NCBI GenBank assembly: GCA_046758965.1
Contig: JBHIBG010000034.1
Coordinates: forward strand, 1-26,961
Reading direction: 5' to 3'
DNA from: Candidatus Methylomirabilia bacterium
GTDB taxonomy: Bacteria > Methylomirabilota > Methylomirabilia > Rokubacteriales > CSP1-6
Length of the DNA stretch: 26,961 bases
The notes beneath the pieces are model-generated. The model was given only the letters and a program-made list of their open reading frames with translations, was not told where the DNA came from and ran no database searches. Both the position numbers and the translations under genes were made by a program. The first letter of the stretch is position 1. Each line of letters opens with the position of its first letter. This document shows positions 1 to 9,117 of this stretch, piece after piece.

Positions 1-153
1 CCCGAGGCGGGGGGTCGTCTTCGCGGCCCAACGCCGTTGAGCCGCTCAGAGCGCTTCGGCGTCCTGCGCTTCGCCGCCCGCTACGGCTCGTCGGATTCGC
101 TCGGCAGGGCATCCCCGGCGCGCGACGCCTCTAAATCGTGGGGCGCTATTTAG
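1..153. repeat. Structured palindromic element, probably truncated by the window edge, directly upstream of the E2 gene
   Basis: Nested complementary segments (GAGGCG 4-9 with CGCCTC 126-131; GAGCCG with CGGCTC; CTAAAT...ATTTAG at the right end) and recurring CGCTTCG/CGCTACG words. The frame-1 translation does not resemble an E1-beta C-terminus. Confidence 0.4.
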
Positions 154-1412
154 TGCCCAGAGAGTTCAGGCTCCCTGACCTGGGGGAAGGGCTCACGGAG
201 GCGGAGATCGTGAAGGTCCTCGTCTCCGAGGGGGAGGAGGTGAAGGAGGACCAGCTCCTCTTGCTCGTGGAGACGGAGAAGGCCCAAATCGAGCTCCCCT
301 CCCCCTATGGTGGGCGGGTCGCCAAAATCCATATCCGGCCGGGGGAGCGCGTGAAGGTGGGCACCGTGCTCTTCACCTTCGAAGAGCTCGGCAAGGCGGC
401 CGTGCCGGGGCCTACGCCCTCAGCTGCGCCCCCGCCGACGGTCGAGCCGCTGGCTCCTCGAACGGGTGCGCCCGCGCCCGCCTCGCCTGCCACCCGGCGC
501 CTTGCCCGGGAACTCGGTGTCGACCTGGCATCTCTCAGGGGAAGCGGGCCTGGCGGGCGGATCACCGATGAGGATGTGCGGGCCGCGGCAGGAGGCGCGC
601 CGGCGGCAGCCGGGGCTCCCGCCGTCGCCGGCTTCGAAGCTCCGCCCGAGACGGTGGAACGGCTTCCTCTCCACGTGGCGCTGCCCCCCCTCCCACGCTT
701 CGAGCAGTGGGGGGCGGTTGAGCGCGAGGCGCTCCGAGCGGTCCGCCGGCGGACCGCCGAGCACATGGCCCTGGCCTGGGCCACGATCCCCCATGTCACC
801 CACTTTGATCAGGCTGATATCACCGACCTGGAGGCCCTCCGGCGAGGGCACCAAGCGCTCGCGCAGGCGTGGGGCGCTGATCTCACGCTCACACTTTTTC
901 TGGTCAAAGCCGTGACCCTGGCGCTTCAGGCCCACCCACGGCTGAACGCGAGCCTGGACCACGAGCGGGGCGAGCTGGTCCTCAAGCGCTACTACCAGAT
1001 CGGCGTGGCAGTGGACACCGACCGAGGGCTCATCGTGCCGGTCCTCCGGGACGTGGAGAGGAGGCGGGTCAAGGAGCTGGCGGTGGAGCTGACCGAGCTG
1101 GTCAAGCGGACCCGGGAGGGGCGCGTCACGGTGGAGGAGCTTCGGGGCGGCACCTTTACGGTCACCAACGTGGGTCCCTCGGGGGGGACCGGCGCCACGC
1201 CGATTATCAACTACCCGGAGGTCGCGATTCTGGGCGTGGGCCGGGCGCTCGAGCAGCCGGTGGTTCGGGAAGGGCAGATCGTTGCCCGCCTGGTGCTCCC
1301 GCTCTGCCTCTCGTTCGACCACCGCGCGATCGACGGGGCCGAGGCGGCTCGCTTCGTCGGCACGCTGGTGGAGATCCTGGAGGATCCGGGACGGCTCCTT
1401 CTGGAGGCTTGA
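153..1412 (+). CDS. Dihydrolipoamide acyltransferase (E2) of a 2-oxoacid dehydrogenase complex (PdhC/BkdB-like)
   Basis: Single lipoyl domain (FRLPDLGEGLTEAEI...VETEKA), Pro/Ala linker, E3-binding domain (ASPATRRLARELGVDL...GSGPGGRITDEDV) and catalytic motif SFDHRAIDG. Start placed at GTG 153 (MPREFRLP); the ORF is open from 138. Confidence 0.95.
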   Translation: MPREFRLPDLGEGLTEAEIVKVLVSEGEEVKEDQLLLLVETEKAQIELPSPYGGRVAKIHIRPGERVKVGTVLFTFEELGKAAVPGPTPSAAPPPTVEPLAPRTGAPAPASPATRRLARELGVDLASLRGSGPGGRITDEDVRAAAGGAPAAAGAPAVAGFEAPPETVERLPLHVALPPLPRFEQWGAVEREALRAVRRRTAEHMALAWATIPHVTHFDQADITDLEALRRGHQALAQAWGADLTLTLFLVKAVTLALQAHPRLNASLDHERGELVLKRYYQIGVAVDTDRGLIVPVLRDVERRRVKELAVELTELVKRTREGRVTVEELRGGTFTVTNVGPSGGTGATPIINYPEVAILGVGRALEQPVVREGQIVARLVLPLCLSFDHRAIDGAEAARFVGTLVEILEDPGRLLLEA

Positions 1413-1415
1413 GCC

Positions 1416-2843
1416 GTGGTCGTCGGTGAGCTTCCCCGGGACGCCGAGCTGGTCGTGATTGGCGGCGGCCCGGGCGGGTACGCCGCTGCCTTCAGGGCCG
1501 CAGACCTGGGCCTGGACACGGTCCTGGTTGACGAGGGCGGACGCCTGGGGGGCGAGTGCCTGCATGTCGGGTGTATCCCGTCCAAGGCTCTCCTCAATGT
1601 GGCTGCGCTGATCGAGGACGCCTCCCATGCTCGGGCTGCGGGGATCCGGTTCGCGCACCCGAAGATTGACGCGCAGCGCCTCCGGGCCTGGACCCAGGCC
1701 TCCATCGACCGCCTCGCCAAGGGCCTGGCCACCCTGGCCCAGGAGCGGGGCGTTGAGGTGATCCGAGGCCGGGCGCGCTTTGAAGATTCCCGCGCTCTCA
1801 CGATCGAAGGTGAGCCGCCGGCAAGAGTCCGCTTCCGTCACGCCATCGTCGCTACGGGCTCACGCCCCGCCACGCTCCCCGGCCTTGATCAGGACAAACC
1901 CTGGGTGTGGGACTCCCGGGGGGCGCTGGCGCTGGAGGCGATTCCCCCGCGGCTCCTGGTGGTGGGGGGCGGGTACATTGGCCTGGAGCTCGGGACGATC
2001 TACGCAGCTCTCGGGAGCGAGGTTACGGTGGTTGAGGTGACCGACGGGCTCCTACCCGGAGTGGACCGTGACCTCGTTCGCGTGCTGGCCCGCAGGCTTG
2101 CCGGTCTCTTCAAAGCGATCCATCTGAGCACGAAGCTGGCTGAGGCGCGCGCGGCAGGCGGGAGCGTCGAGGTGCTGCTGGACGGAGAGGGTACGCCGAG
2201 CCGGCAGGAGTTCGACCGGGTCCTGGTGGCGGTGGGGCGCCGCCCCAACTCCTCGGATCTCGGGCTCGAGCGGACGGCGGTGCGGTTCGACCCGCGCGGC
2301 TTTCTGCTCGTGGACATCCAGCGGCGGACGGCGGATCCGCAAATCTACGCCGCGGGGGATGTGGCAGGCGAGCCCATGCTCGCCCACAAGGCCATGGCGG
2401 AAGGGAAGGTGGCGGCGGAGGTCATCGCGGGCCGGCCCGAGGCCTTCGAGCCGCAGGCGATCCCCGCCGTGGTCTTCACCGACCCGGAGGTAGCCTGGTG
2501 CGGCCTCACCGAGGAGGACGCGCGACTTCAGGGGATCGACGCCGACGCGGTGAGCGTGCCCTGGTCAGCCTCCGGCAGAGCTGTCGCGACGGGACGGACT
2601 GACGGTCTCACCAAGCTCGTCTTCGAGGCCAAGAGCGGCCGACTGCTCGGGGTAGGGATCGTGGGCCCCCACGCCGGGGAGCTCATCGCCGAAGGAGCCC
2701 TCGCTGTGGAGATGGCCGCGCTGGCCGAGGATCTCGCGGGGACCGTCCACACCCATCCCACGTTCGCCGAGACCCTGGCCGAGGCCGCCGAGCTCTTCCT
2801 CGGTCGCCCCACCCACCTCCGGACTCGCCGCTCGCAGCGGTAA
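1416..2843 (+). CDS. lpdA: Dihydrolipoamide dehydrogenase (E3)
   Basis: FAD-binding GGGPGG, redox disulfide GGECLHVGCIPSK, NAD-binding GGGYIGLE, MLAHKA and C-terminal HTHPTFAE. Lies 3 nt after E2. Confidence 0.96.
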   Translation: MVVGELPRDAELVVIGGGPGGYAAAFRAADLGLDTVLVDEGGRLGGECLHVGCIPSKALLNVAALIEDASHARAAGIRFAHPKIDAQRLRAWTQASIDRLAKGLATLAQERGVEVIRGRARFEDSRALTIEGEPPARVRFRHAIVATGSRPATLPGLDQDKPWVWDSRGALALEAIPPRLLVVGGGYIGLELGTIYAALGSEVTVVEVTDGLLPGVDRDLVRVLARRLAGLFKAIHLSTKLAEARAAGGSVEVLLDGEGTPSRQEFDRVLVAVGRRPNSSDLGLERTAVRFDPRGFLLVDIQRRTADPQIYAAGDVAGEPMLAHKAMAEGKVAAEVIAGRPEAFEPQAIPAVVFTDPEVAWCGLTEEDARLQGIDADAVSVPWSASGRAVATGRTDGLTKLVFEAKSGRLLGVGIVGPHAGELIAEGALAVEMAALAEDLAGTVHTHPTFAETLAEAAELFLGRPTHLRTRRSQR

Positions 2844-2850
2844 CGGGGCC

Positions 2851-2874
2851 GGGGGAGAGCATAACGGTGAGGGG
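2851..2874. repeat. Degenerate right half of the GGGGAGAG...GGTGAGGGG hairpin repeat
   Basis: GGGGGAGAGCATAACGGTGAGGGG resembles GGGGGAGAGGGTTACAGGTGAGGGGG at 26154-26179 and GGGGAGAGGGAAGGGTGAGGGGG at 21352-21374. Confidence 0.45.
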
Positions 2875-2877
2875 AGC

Positions 2878-3882
2878 CTAGGGCCGCACCTGGTAGCGCG
2901 CCTGGGTCAGCTCCACGATCTCGAGGACCGTCTCCGGGTGAGTGCGACCTGAGGCTCGGGCGCCCTTGATGAACTCGGCCCCTGATTGAAGGTGGGGGTT
3001 GGGGTTGGCCTCGATCAGGTACGCCTTGTCCGGGGTGATCCGAAAATCGAAGCGGGCGTAGTCGCGGAGCTGGAGCGCCTGGAAGCTCGTGAGCGCGGCC
3101 TCCTGGATCTTCGCGACGAGCTCACTCGGGAGGTCATCGGGGATCCGGAACCGGCTTCCGCGGTACGCGCGCGTCCCCTCCCGCCACTTCACCTCGAGGC
3201 CTGCGATCCGCGGCGTACCCCGGGGCAGGTGGGAGAGGTCGAGCTCGACCGGCGGGAACGCCTGGGGTCGCTCGTTGCCGATGACCCCGATATAGATCTC
3301 CCGCCCTTCGATATACTGCTCGATCAGCACGGGGTGGTTGAAGTCCGCATGGAGCTCATCGATCCGCTCCATCAGCTCCTTGATGCTGGCCGCCAAGGCG
3401 CTGAAGCCGATGCCGATCGAGCCGTCCTCGCGCACGGGCTTGACGATGACGGGGAAGTCGATGTCGTGGGCCCAGTCCAGGCGACCGCGGAAGACCGTCG
3501 CGAACTTCGGAGTCTGGACCCGGTGAAACGCGAGGACTTTCTTGGTCAGCGCCTTGTCCATGGCGAGGGCGAGCCCGCGCGGGCCGGAGCCCGTATAGCG
3601 CAGGCCGACCAGGTCGTAGTAGGCCGCCACGTGGGGCTCTTTGGTGTCGTCGTCGCCAAAGGCCTCCACCAGGTTGAAGATGAGGTCAGCGTCGACCCGG
3701 GCCAGCTTCTTGAGGCACTCCCGGCGTCCGTCCACGACCATGGAGAACGTTTTGTGGCCGGCTCGCCGGAGCACCGCGGCGATCTCCTGCACATCGCTCT
3801 TCCGGCGAGGCCCCTTGGCGCGCGGCGGCGCTTCCCGCGCCTCGTCAGGTCCGTGTGCGATCCCGATTCGTAGTCTCGCCAT
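2878..3882 (-). CDS. ATP-grasp ligase, D-Ala-D-Ala ligase-like family (non-canonical)
   Basis: Motifs LIFNLVE, YTGSGP..LALAMDKALTK, FPVIVKP..EDGSIGI, LIEQYIEGREI, DYARFDFR, EANPNP. Lacks the Ddl N-terminal GGxSxE motif. Start taken at ATG 3882 (MARLRIGIAHG). Confidence 0.88.
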   Translation of the reverse strand: MARLRIGIAHGPDEAREAPPRAKGPRRKSDVQEIAAVLRRAGHKTFSMVVDGRRECLKKLARVDADLIFNLVEAFGDDDTKEPHVAAYYDLVGLRYTGSGPRGLALAMDKALTKKVLAFHRVQTPKFATVFRGRLDWAHDIDFPVIVKPVREDGSIGIGFSALAASIKELMERIDELHADFNHPVLIEQYIEGREIYIGVIGNERPQAFPPVELDLSHLPRGTPRIAGLEVKWREGTRAYRGSRFRIPDDLPSELVAKIQEAALTSFQALQLRDYARFDFRITPDKAYLIEANPNPHLQSGAEFIKGARASGRTHPETVLEIVELTQARYQVRP

Positions 3883-4945
3883 CACTGTCCTTAGCTGTCC
3901 GAACCGGCGTCCGAGGCACGGGCAGCGGGTGCCGCCTTCTGGGGACAAAACTTCCCCGGGTCAGGTAGTTCATGCTCAGGGTGGTGGCGTAGGCTGTCAG
4001 CTCCAGCAGGACGGTGCCTTCGCCGTTCGTCTCCACGTAGAGGTCGAGGCGCTCGGCCGCGTCATGGATGCTGTCCACCAGCGCACGGACCACGCTCCGG
4101 CTGACCCCTGTCCAGTACTCGATCTTGTTGATCAGGGGCGTGCGGTGCTCGCGGACGAGCTCCCAGGCCGGCCTGATCCCTCGCTTGCGGCGCCCCTTCC
4201 GGATGAAGAAGTCCGGAAGATCGTTGTCGAGAGCGACCTCCACGCGCGCCGCCTCCGACTGGTTCGCCCGGAAGAACTCCTCAACGGTCATGTCCATCTC
4301 CTCCACCGTGATATCGGTGGAGGCGAGGCGGACCGGCGGCTCGGTGTTCCCCAGCGCGCGGGTCGTGCGATCAACATAGCGGAGCTTCCGCATCGCCGCC
4401 CACCCGCGGTAGCGCGCTCGCCAGCGGGAGCGGGGGGTCAGCCACACGGCGAACGTTTCAGCGAAGTCCTCGTCCGGATGTTTCTGGGCGTACCATCCCT
4501 CGATGTGGCGCACGAAGGTCCGGTCGAACGGGACCGGCCGGTACCGTTCACGATAGGGGCGATTGTACGGACCGAAGAGCTCCCGCCACTCGGCGGTCTC
4601 GTAAAGCCGGTAGGCGTAGTTGAAGGCGTGCCCCGCCTCGTGGCGGAGGTACATGCGGATCTGTCTTGCGTCCTCGACGTCGTCCATCTCTTTTTCGAGG
4701 CGGGTGAGATTGGTGTCGGCGAGGTAGAACGGGATCCCGATGATCGGTTCTCCCGAGGGGCACCCCCACTCGTCGGTGAGGTAGCAGGGCGGCCGGAAGT
4801 GGTCCAGCCCCTTGCGCTCCAGCTCGCGGTAGAGCATCTTCACGTAGCGTTCCACAGGGGAACCCTCGAGCTTGAGGCCGAGCTGGCTGATGCGCTGCGG
4901 AAGGAGTGCCCGGAGATCCGGAGGCGTGCTTTCAAAGCCGCGCAT
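3845..4945 (-). CDS. Putative zinc-binding metallopeptidase (zincin, Peptidase_Mx-like)
   Basis: LRHEAGHAF (HExxH) plus downstream YAQKHPDEDFAETFAVWL. GGAG Shine-Dalgarno before ATG 4945. Overlaps the ligase start by 38 nt. Confidence 0.85.
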   Translation of the reverse strand: MRGFESTPPDLRALLPQRISQLGLKLEGSPVERYVKMLYRELERKGLDHFRPPCYLTDEWGCPSGEPIIGIPFYLADTNLTRLEKEMDDVEDARQIRMYLRHEAGHAFNYAYRLYETAEWRELFGPYNRPYRERYRPVPFDRTFVRHIEGWYAQKHPDEDFAETFAVWLTPRSRWRARYRGWAAMRKLRYVDRTTRALGNTEPPVRLASTDITVEEMDMTVEEFFRANQSEAARVEVALDNDLPDFFIRKGRRKRGIRPAWELVREHRTPLINKIEYWTGVSRSVVRALVDSIHDAAERLDLYVETNGEGTVLLELTAYATTLSMNYLTRGSFVPRRRHPLPVPRTPVRTAKDSDGETTNRDRTRT

Positions 4946-4960
4946 AACTGCTCCCCAGCT

Positions 4961-4966
4961 ATTCTA
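4961..4966 (-). promoter_or_regulatory. Candidate -10 element (TAGAAT) for the peptidase-ligase operon
   Basis: Minus strand reads TAGAAT-agctGGGGAGcagtt-ATG. No clear -35. Confidence 0.35.
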
Positions 4967-5035
4967 TCGCGTTCGCCGCTTTCGAGCGAGTCCTTTGGGG
5001 ATCCGCGCAGATGGGGTCAGAACGAGCGGTTCGCC

Positions 5036-5064
5036 TTGACAGCGTCGGATGAAGCTCATATAGT
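5036..5064 (+). promoter_or_regulatory. Sigma70-type promoter of the mrp operon
   Basis: TTGACA (5036-5041), 17 bp spacer, TATAGT (5059-5064), 17 nt before ATG 5082. Confidence 0.8.
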
Positions 5065-5081
5065 TTCTGCAACGTTTTCCC

Positions 5082-5639
5082 ATGAGAGCAGACGAAGATC
5101 GTCGGGAGGTGAGCGATCGCGCACGGCAGGGGCTTTGGCCCTCTGTCGTCATGTTTCTCGGGCTGTGTGCCCTCTGGTTGGTGCTCTCCGGGCAGTTGGA
5201 CGCACTCCATCTCGGCTTCGGGGCCGTCTGCGCCGCCCTCGTCGTGGCCCTTACCCGCGATGTCGAGCGCATCGGCACGCGCGTCGATCACCGGGGACGA
5301 CGGGCGCCTGTCTTTACCTTCTCGCTCCCCTGGCCGCGCTTTCTGCTCTACCTCCCCTGGCTCTTGGGCCAGATGATCATGGCGAACGTACAGATCGCGT
5401 ACGTGATCTTGCATCCCCGGCTGCCCATTGCGCCGACGGTGGTGCGATTCCCCGCCGAGCTCCAAGGGGACCTCGCCCGGACCACGTTGGGGAACTCCAT
5501 CACGCTGACGCCTGGCACGATCACGCTCGACGTGGTCGGTCAGGAGTTCACCGTGCACGCGCTGACCCGCGAGGCTGCCCGGCAAGTGCTCAGCCGAGGG
5601 ATGGAGCGGCGGGTCGCGCGAGCCTTCGGCCAACTATGA
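5082..5639 (+). CDS. mrpE: Multisubunit Na+/H+ antiporter subunit E
   Basis: Hydrophobic N-terminus LWLVLSG, ANVQIAYVILHP and signature NSITLTPGTITLD. Exact start uncertain (5082 or 5109). Confidence 0.92.
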   Translation: MRADEDRREVSDRARQGLWPSVVMFLGLCALWLVLSGQLDALHLGFGAVCAALVVALTRDVERIGTRVDHRGRRAPVFTFSLPWPRFLLYLPWLLGQMIMANVQIAYVILHPRLPIAPTVVRFPAELQGDLARTTLGNSITLTPGTITLDVVGQEFTVHALTREAARQVLSRGMERRVARAFGQL

Positions 5640-5673
5640 CCGCCGATCGTGGAGCCCGGGGTGGAGATCGTCC

Positions 5674-5946
5674 ATGGAGCTGATCCCCATCTTCGTCGCA
5701 GCCGCGGCCGCCGTGACCGTGCTGGCGCTCGCCTATCTCTACCGCCTCGTGGCTGGCCCCACGATCTTTGACCGCGTCCTCGGGCTCAGCGGGTTCGGCA
5801 CCAGCACGACGATCATTCTCATCCTCGTGGGGGCGATCTACGCGCGGCTGGAGATGTTCGTGGACATCGCGCTCGGGTATGCCCTGCTCAACTTCGTCGG
5901 GGTGCTGGCCGGGGCCAGGTACTTCGAGTGGACGGGGCGGGGCTGA
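5674..5946 (+). CDS. mrpF: Multisubunit Na+/H+ antiporter subunit F
   Basis: 90 aa, three TM segments, RLVAGPTIFDRVL and DIALGYALLNFVG. Confidence 0.92.
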   Translation: MELIPIFVAAAAAVTVLALAYLYRLVAGPTIFDRVLGLSGFGTSTTIILILVGAIYARLEMFVDIALGYALLNFVGVLAGARYFEWTGRG

Positions 5947-5950
5947 GCCT

Positions 5951-6259
5951 GTGGCGGTTGTGATCGTCGTGCTTCTGGGTGCCGGTCTCTTCTTCCAGGC
6001 CGTTGCGAGCCTCGGGGTGCTCAGGCTCCCGGACTTTTACAGCCGCCTGCACGCCCTGAGCAAGGCCGAGACCCTCGGCGTCCTCCTCGCCCTGGGCTCG
6101 GTGGCCGTGTGGCAGGGGTTTTCGCTGGTGAGCCTCAAGGTTCTGTTCGTGGCGGTCTTCTTCTTTCTCACCAACCCTACAGCCAGCCATGCCATCGCCC
6201 GCGCGGCCCTCCGGACAGGCCATCCCCCCGTGACCGGGGCTCCTCAGGACCCCGGATGA
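5951..6259 (+). CDS. mrpG: Multisubunit Na+/H+ antiporter subunit G
   Basis: GVLRLPDFYSRLHALSKAETLG and TNPTASHAIARAA. Start GTG 5951, just after the mrpF stop. Confidence 0.92.
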   Translation: MAVVIVVLLGAGLFFQAVASLGVLRLPDFYSRLHALSKAETLGVLLALGSVAVWQGFSLVSLKVLFVAVFFFLTNPTASHAIARAALRTGHPPVTGAPQDPG

Positions 6260-6786
6260 GCGCGCTCCTCATCACGATCTTCTTGACCTTCCTCGTCATC
6301 CTGGCGGCGGCAGCGGTCCGGATAAGAGACCTCGTCGGGGCGGTGCTCGTCCTCTCGGCCTACGGTCTGGTGCTGTCGCTGGTCTGGGCCGGGATGGGGG
6401 CGGTGGACGTGGCCTTCACCGAGGCGGTGGTAGGGGCCGGCGCCTCTACGGTCTTCTTTCTGGCCACCCTCCTGCGCACCGCGAGGGCCGAGCAGGGCCG
6501 CGGCCGCCGGGGTCGGGTGGCGGCGGGCCTCGTCGCCGTCCTCTTCCTCGGGAGCCTCCTGGTCCTCGCGACCCATGACTTCCCGGAGTGGGGCGACCCG
6601 GCCTCGCCCGCCAGCCTCCATGTCTCCCCGCGCTATCTCAGCCAGGGACATGGGGAGACGGGCGCCCCGAACATCGTCACGGCAGTCCTCGCAGACTACC
6701 GAGGGTACGACACCCTGATCGAAACGGTGGTGATCTTCACGGCGGGCCTGGCCTGCTGGCTGCTCCTGGTTCGGCGCGAACGGTGA
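6256..6786 (+). CDS. MrpB-related subunit (DUF4040 domain plus N-terminal MnhB part; MbhD/E-like)
   Basis: AVDVAFTEAVVGAG and TGAPNIVTAVLADYRGYDTLIET. ATGA overlap with mrpG. Confidence 0.88.
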   Translation: MSALLITIFLTFLVILAAAAVRIRDLVGAVLVLSAYGLVLSLVWAGMGAVDVAFTEAVVGAGASTVFFLATLLRTARAEQGRGRRGRVAAGLVAVLFLGSLLVLATHDFPEWGDPASPASLHVSPRYLSQGHGETGAPNIVTAVLADYRGYDTLIETVVIFTAGLACWLLLVRRER

Positions 6787-7235
6787 TCCGAGAGCACGAT
6801 AGCGTCATTGTCCGCACCCTCGTGCGCGTGCTGGTCCCGCCGATCCAGCTCTTCGCCCTCTACGTGGTGATCCACGGGCACGGGAGCCCGGGAGGAGGGT
6901 TTCAGGGCGGAGTCATCCTGGCAGCCACGTACATCCTGATCGCGCTGGCCTTCGGCCGCGCTGAGCTGGACCGGAGGGTCCGAGAGGGGATCGTGCTGGT
7001 CCTGAGCTCGGCCGGGGTGCTGATCTTTGCCCTCACTGCGGCTCTGGGCGTGGTCTTCGGTGGCGCGCTGTTGGACTACGAGGTCCTGCCCGTGCCCGGT
7101 GCCCGGGGCCCGGCTGTCAGGGCCGTCGGCATCTTCATCATCGAGATCGGAGTGGCTATCGGGGTAGCCGGCGCGCTGACCGTGATCTTTTGCCGCCTGG
7201 CCAAGGCCGGGGAGGGCGACGGGGAGGCTCCATGA
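6783..7235 (+). CDS. mrpB: Multisubunit Na+/H+ antiporter subunit B (MnhB domain)
   Basis: YVVIHGHGSPGGGFQGGVI and EIGVAIGV. GTGA overlap with the preceding gene. Confidence 0.9.
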   Translation: MIREHDSVIVRTLVRVLVPPIQLFALYVVIHGHGSPGGGFQGGVILAATYILIALAFGRAELDRRVREGIVLVLSSAGVLIFALTAALGVVFGGALLDYEVLPVPGARGPAVRAVGIFIIEIGVAIGVAGALTVIFCRLAKAGEGDGEAP

Positions 7236-7609
7236 CAGAGCTGCTGGTCTACGCGGGGGCACGCTACAACTACTGGATCTATATTCTCCTGATGATGATC
7301 GGATTCTACGCGATGATCGCGCACGGCAACCTGCTCAAGAAGGTTATCGGCATGAACATCTTCCAGACCGCGATCATCCTGTTTTTTCTCTCGACCAGCG
7401 CCAAGCGGGGTGCCACGCTCCCCATCGTGTCTCACGGGGTGCTCGAGCCGGGCGTGGAGCCGGCCCACTTTATGAATCCGCTGCCGCACGCGCTCATGCT
7501 CACGGCGATCGTGGTCATGGTGGCCACCCTGGGTGTGGCGCTGGCAGTACTCGTAAAGATCTACCGCACCTATGGATCGTTTGAAGAGGACGTGATCCTG
7601 AACCGGTAG
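7232..7609 (+). CDS. mrpC: Multisubunit Na+/H+ antiporter subunit C
   Basis: NLLKKVIGMNI and NPLPHALMLTAIVV. GGAGG SD and ATGA overlap. Confidence 0.93.
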   Translation: MTELLVYAGARYNYWIYILLMMIGFYAMIAHGNLLKKVIGMNIFQTAIILFFLSTSAKRGATLPIVSHGVLEPGVEPAHFMNPLPHALMLTAIVVMVATLGVALAVLVKIYRTYGSFEEDVILNR

Positions 7610-7611
7610 CA

Positions 7612-9108
7612 ATGCTCGAGGATCACCTCCCCGCGCTCCTCCCGGTCATTCCGCTCCTCGGCGCTCTGTTGCTTCCCGCGGTGGGCCTAGTCCGCCGCGG
7701 GCTCGTCTACCCATTGGCGGTGGCGGCGCAGGCGGCTACCGCGGGTCTCTCCCTGCTGGCCCTCAGGCAGGTCCTGGTCTCGGGGGCTGTCAGCTACCAC
7801 GTCGGGGGATGGGCGCCGCCGTGGGGGATCGAGCTCGTTGTCGATCACCTGAGCGCCTTCACCGCCGTGGTGGTCTCGGGGGTGGGGACGCTCGCCCTCC
7901 TCTACGCCGGGCCTGTTGCCGCTCGGGAGATGAGAGGACGAGAGGGAGCCTTCTTCGGGCTTGCCCTCCTGCTGCTGGCGAGCCTGATGGGGATGATCGT
8001 CACGGGAGACCTCTTCAACCTCTTCGTCTTTCTCGAGGTGGCGTCGATCGCCGGCTACGCCCTGGTCGCAAGCGGGGAAGGGCCGGCGCTCCTGGCCGCC
8101 TTCCGCTATATCGTCCTGGGAACAGCGGGCGCATCGCTCTATCTCCTGGGGGTGGGCCATCTCTACCTGATCACCGGGAGCCTGAACATGGCTGACCTGT
8201 CGCATCGGCTCCCGGACCTCGCCTCCTCTCCGGTCCTGGCCGTCGCGGTGGGGTTCATGGTGATCGGGCTCGGGATCAAGATGGGACTCTTCCCCCTGCA
8301 CGGCTGGCTCCCCGACGCCTACACGCACGCCCCGGCCGCGGTGACGGCGTTGATCGCGCCGGTGACGACCAAGGTGGCGGTGTATGCCCTGGCCCGGATC
8401 CTCTTCTCGGTGCTCGGCGCCCCCGATGCTCTGGCACAGGTCCCGTTGATGACCGTGCTGGCCTGGACCGGGGGAGTGGCGATCATCGCGGGGGGGGTGA
8501 TGGCGATCCGCCAGCACGATTTCAGGCGTCTCCTGGCGTACTCGAGCGTCAGCCAGATGGGCTACATCGTGCTCGGGATCGGCATCGCGAACAGGCCGGC
8601 GCTGGCCGGCGCGTACCTGCACATCCTCAATCACGCGATGATGAAGGGGTGTCTCTTCTTTGCCGCCGGGGCCGCGGCCGCCCGGCTCGGGGGCACCACG
8701 CTTTCGGACCTCAGGTTCATGTTCCGGCGGATGCCCCTGACCACCGCGTGTGTCGTGGTGGCGGCCCTGTCCATGATCGGGATCCCGCCGGCGGGAGGGT
8801 TCTTCAGCAAGTGGTATCTCCTGCTCGGAGCTGTGCAAGGGGGGCATCAAGGGCTCGCCGCGGTGATCCTGGCCGGGAGTCTGCTGGCGGCAGTCTATAT
8901 GTTTCGACTTCTCGAACACGCCTGCCTCACGCCCCCCGAGGGGGAGGGGCATGCCGCTGCCGCGGATATCCCCGAGCGGTCCGAAGCTCCGCTCGGCGTG
9001 CTCGTGTCGCTCATCCTCCTGGGCATCGGCATCCTGGCCGTCGGGATCTGGAGCGAGCCCATCGTGTCAGGGGTGCTTTGGTTCGCCTCGCCGTTGGGGC
9101 TCCCGTAG
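7612..9108 (+). CDS. mrpD: Antiporter-like subunit D1 (MrpD/NuoN-type)
   Basis: VGGWAPPWGIEL, DLFNLFVFLEV, IKMGLFPLHGWLPDAY, RLLAYSSVSQMGY, GFFSKW. Confidence 0.92.
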   Translation: MLEDHLPALLPVIPLLGALLLPAVGLVRRGLVYPLAVAAQAATAGLSLLALRQVLVSGAVSYHVGGWAPPWGIELVVDHLSAFTAVVVSGVGTLALLYAGPVAAREMRGREGAFFGLALLLLASLMGMIVTGDLFNLFVFLEVASIAGYALVASGEGPALLAAFRYIVLGTAGASLYLLGVGHLYLITGSLNMADLSHRLPDLASSPVLAVAVGFMVIGLGIKMGLFPLHGWLPDAYTHAPAAVTALIAPVTTKVAVYALARILFSVLGAPDALAQVPLMTVLAWTGGVAIIAGGVMAIRQHDFRRLLAYSSVSQMGYIVLGIGIANRPALAGAYLHILNHAMMKGCLFFAAGAAAARLGGTTLSDLRFMFRRMPLTTACVVVAALSMIGIPPAGGFFSKWYLLLGAVQGGHQGLAAVILAGSLLAAVYMFRLLEHACLTPPEGEGHAAAADIPERSEAPLGVLVSLILLGIGILAVGIWSEPIVSGVLWFASPLGLP

Positions 9109-9117
9109 GAGCGGGCG

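Noticed and set aside
2878..3882. Calling the ATP-grasp gene ddl or a van resistance ligase
   Set aside because: It lacks the Ddl N-terminal motif and typical omega loop, and has no mur or van context.
3641..5683. 680-aa plus-strand ORF and other long shadow ORFs (420-1841, 11537-12925, 15331-16800, 20942-22741 etc.)
   Set aside because: They are antisense or off-frame to genes with clear family motifs, show no recognisable motifs and are expected in high-GC DNA.
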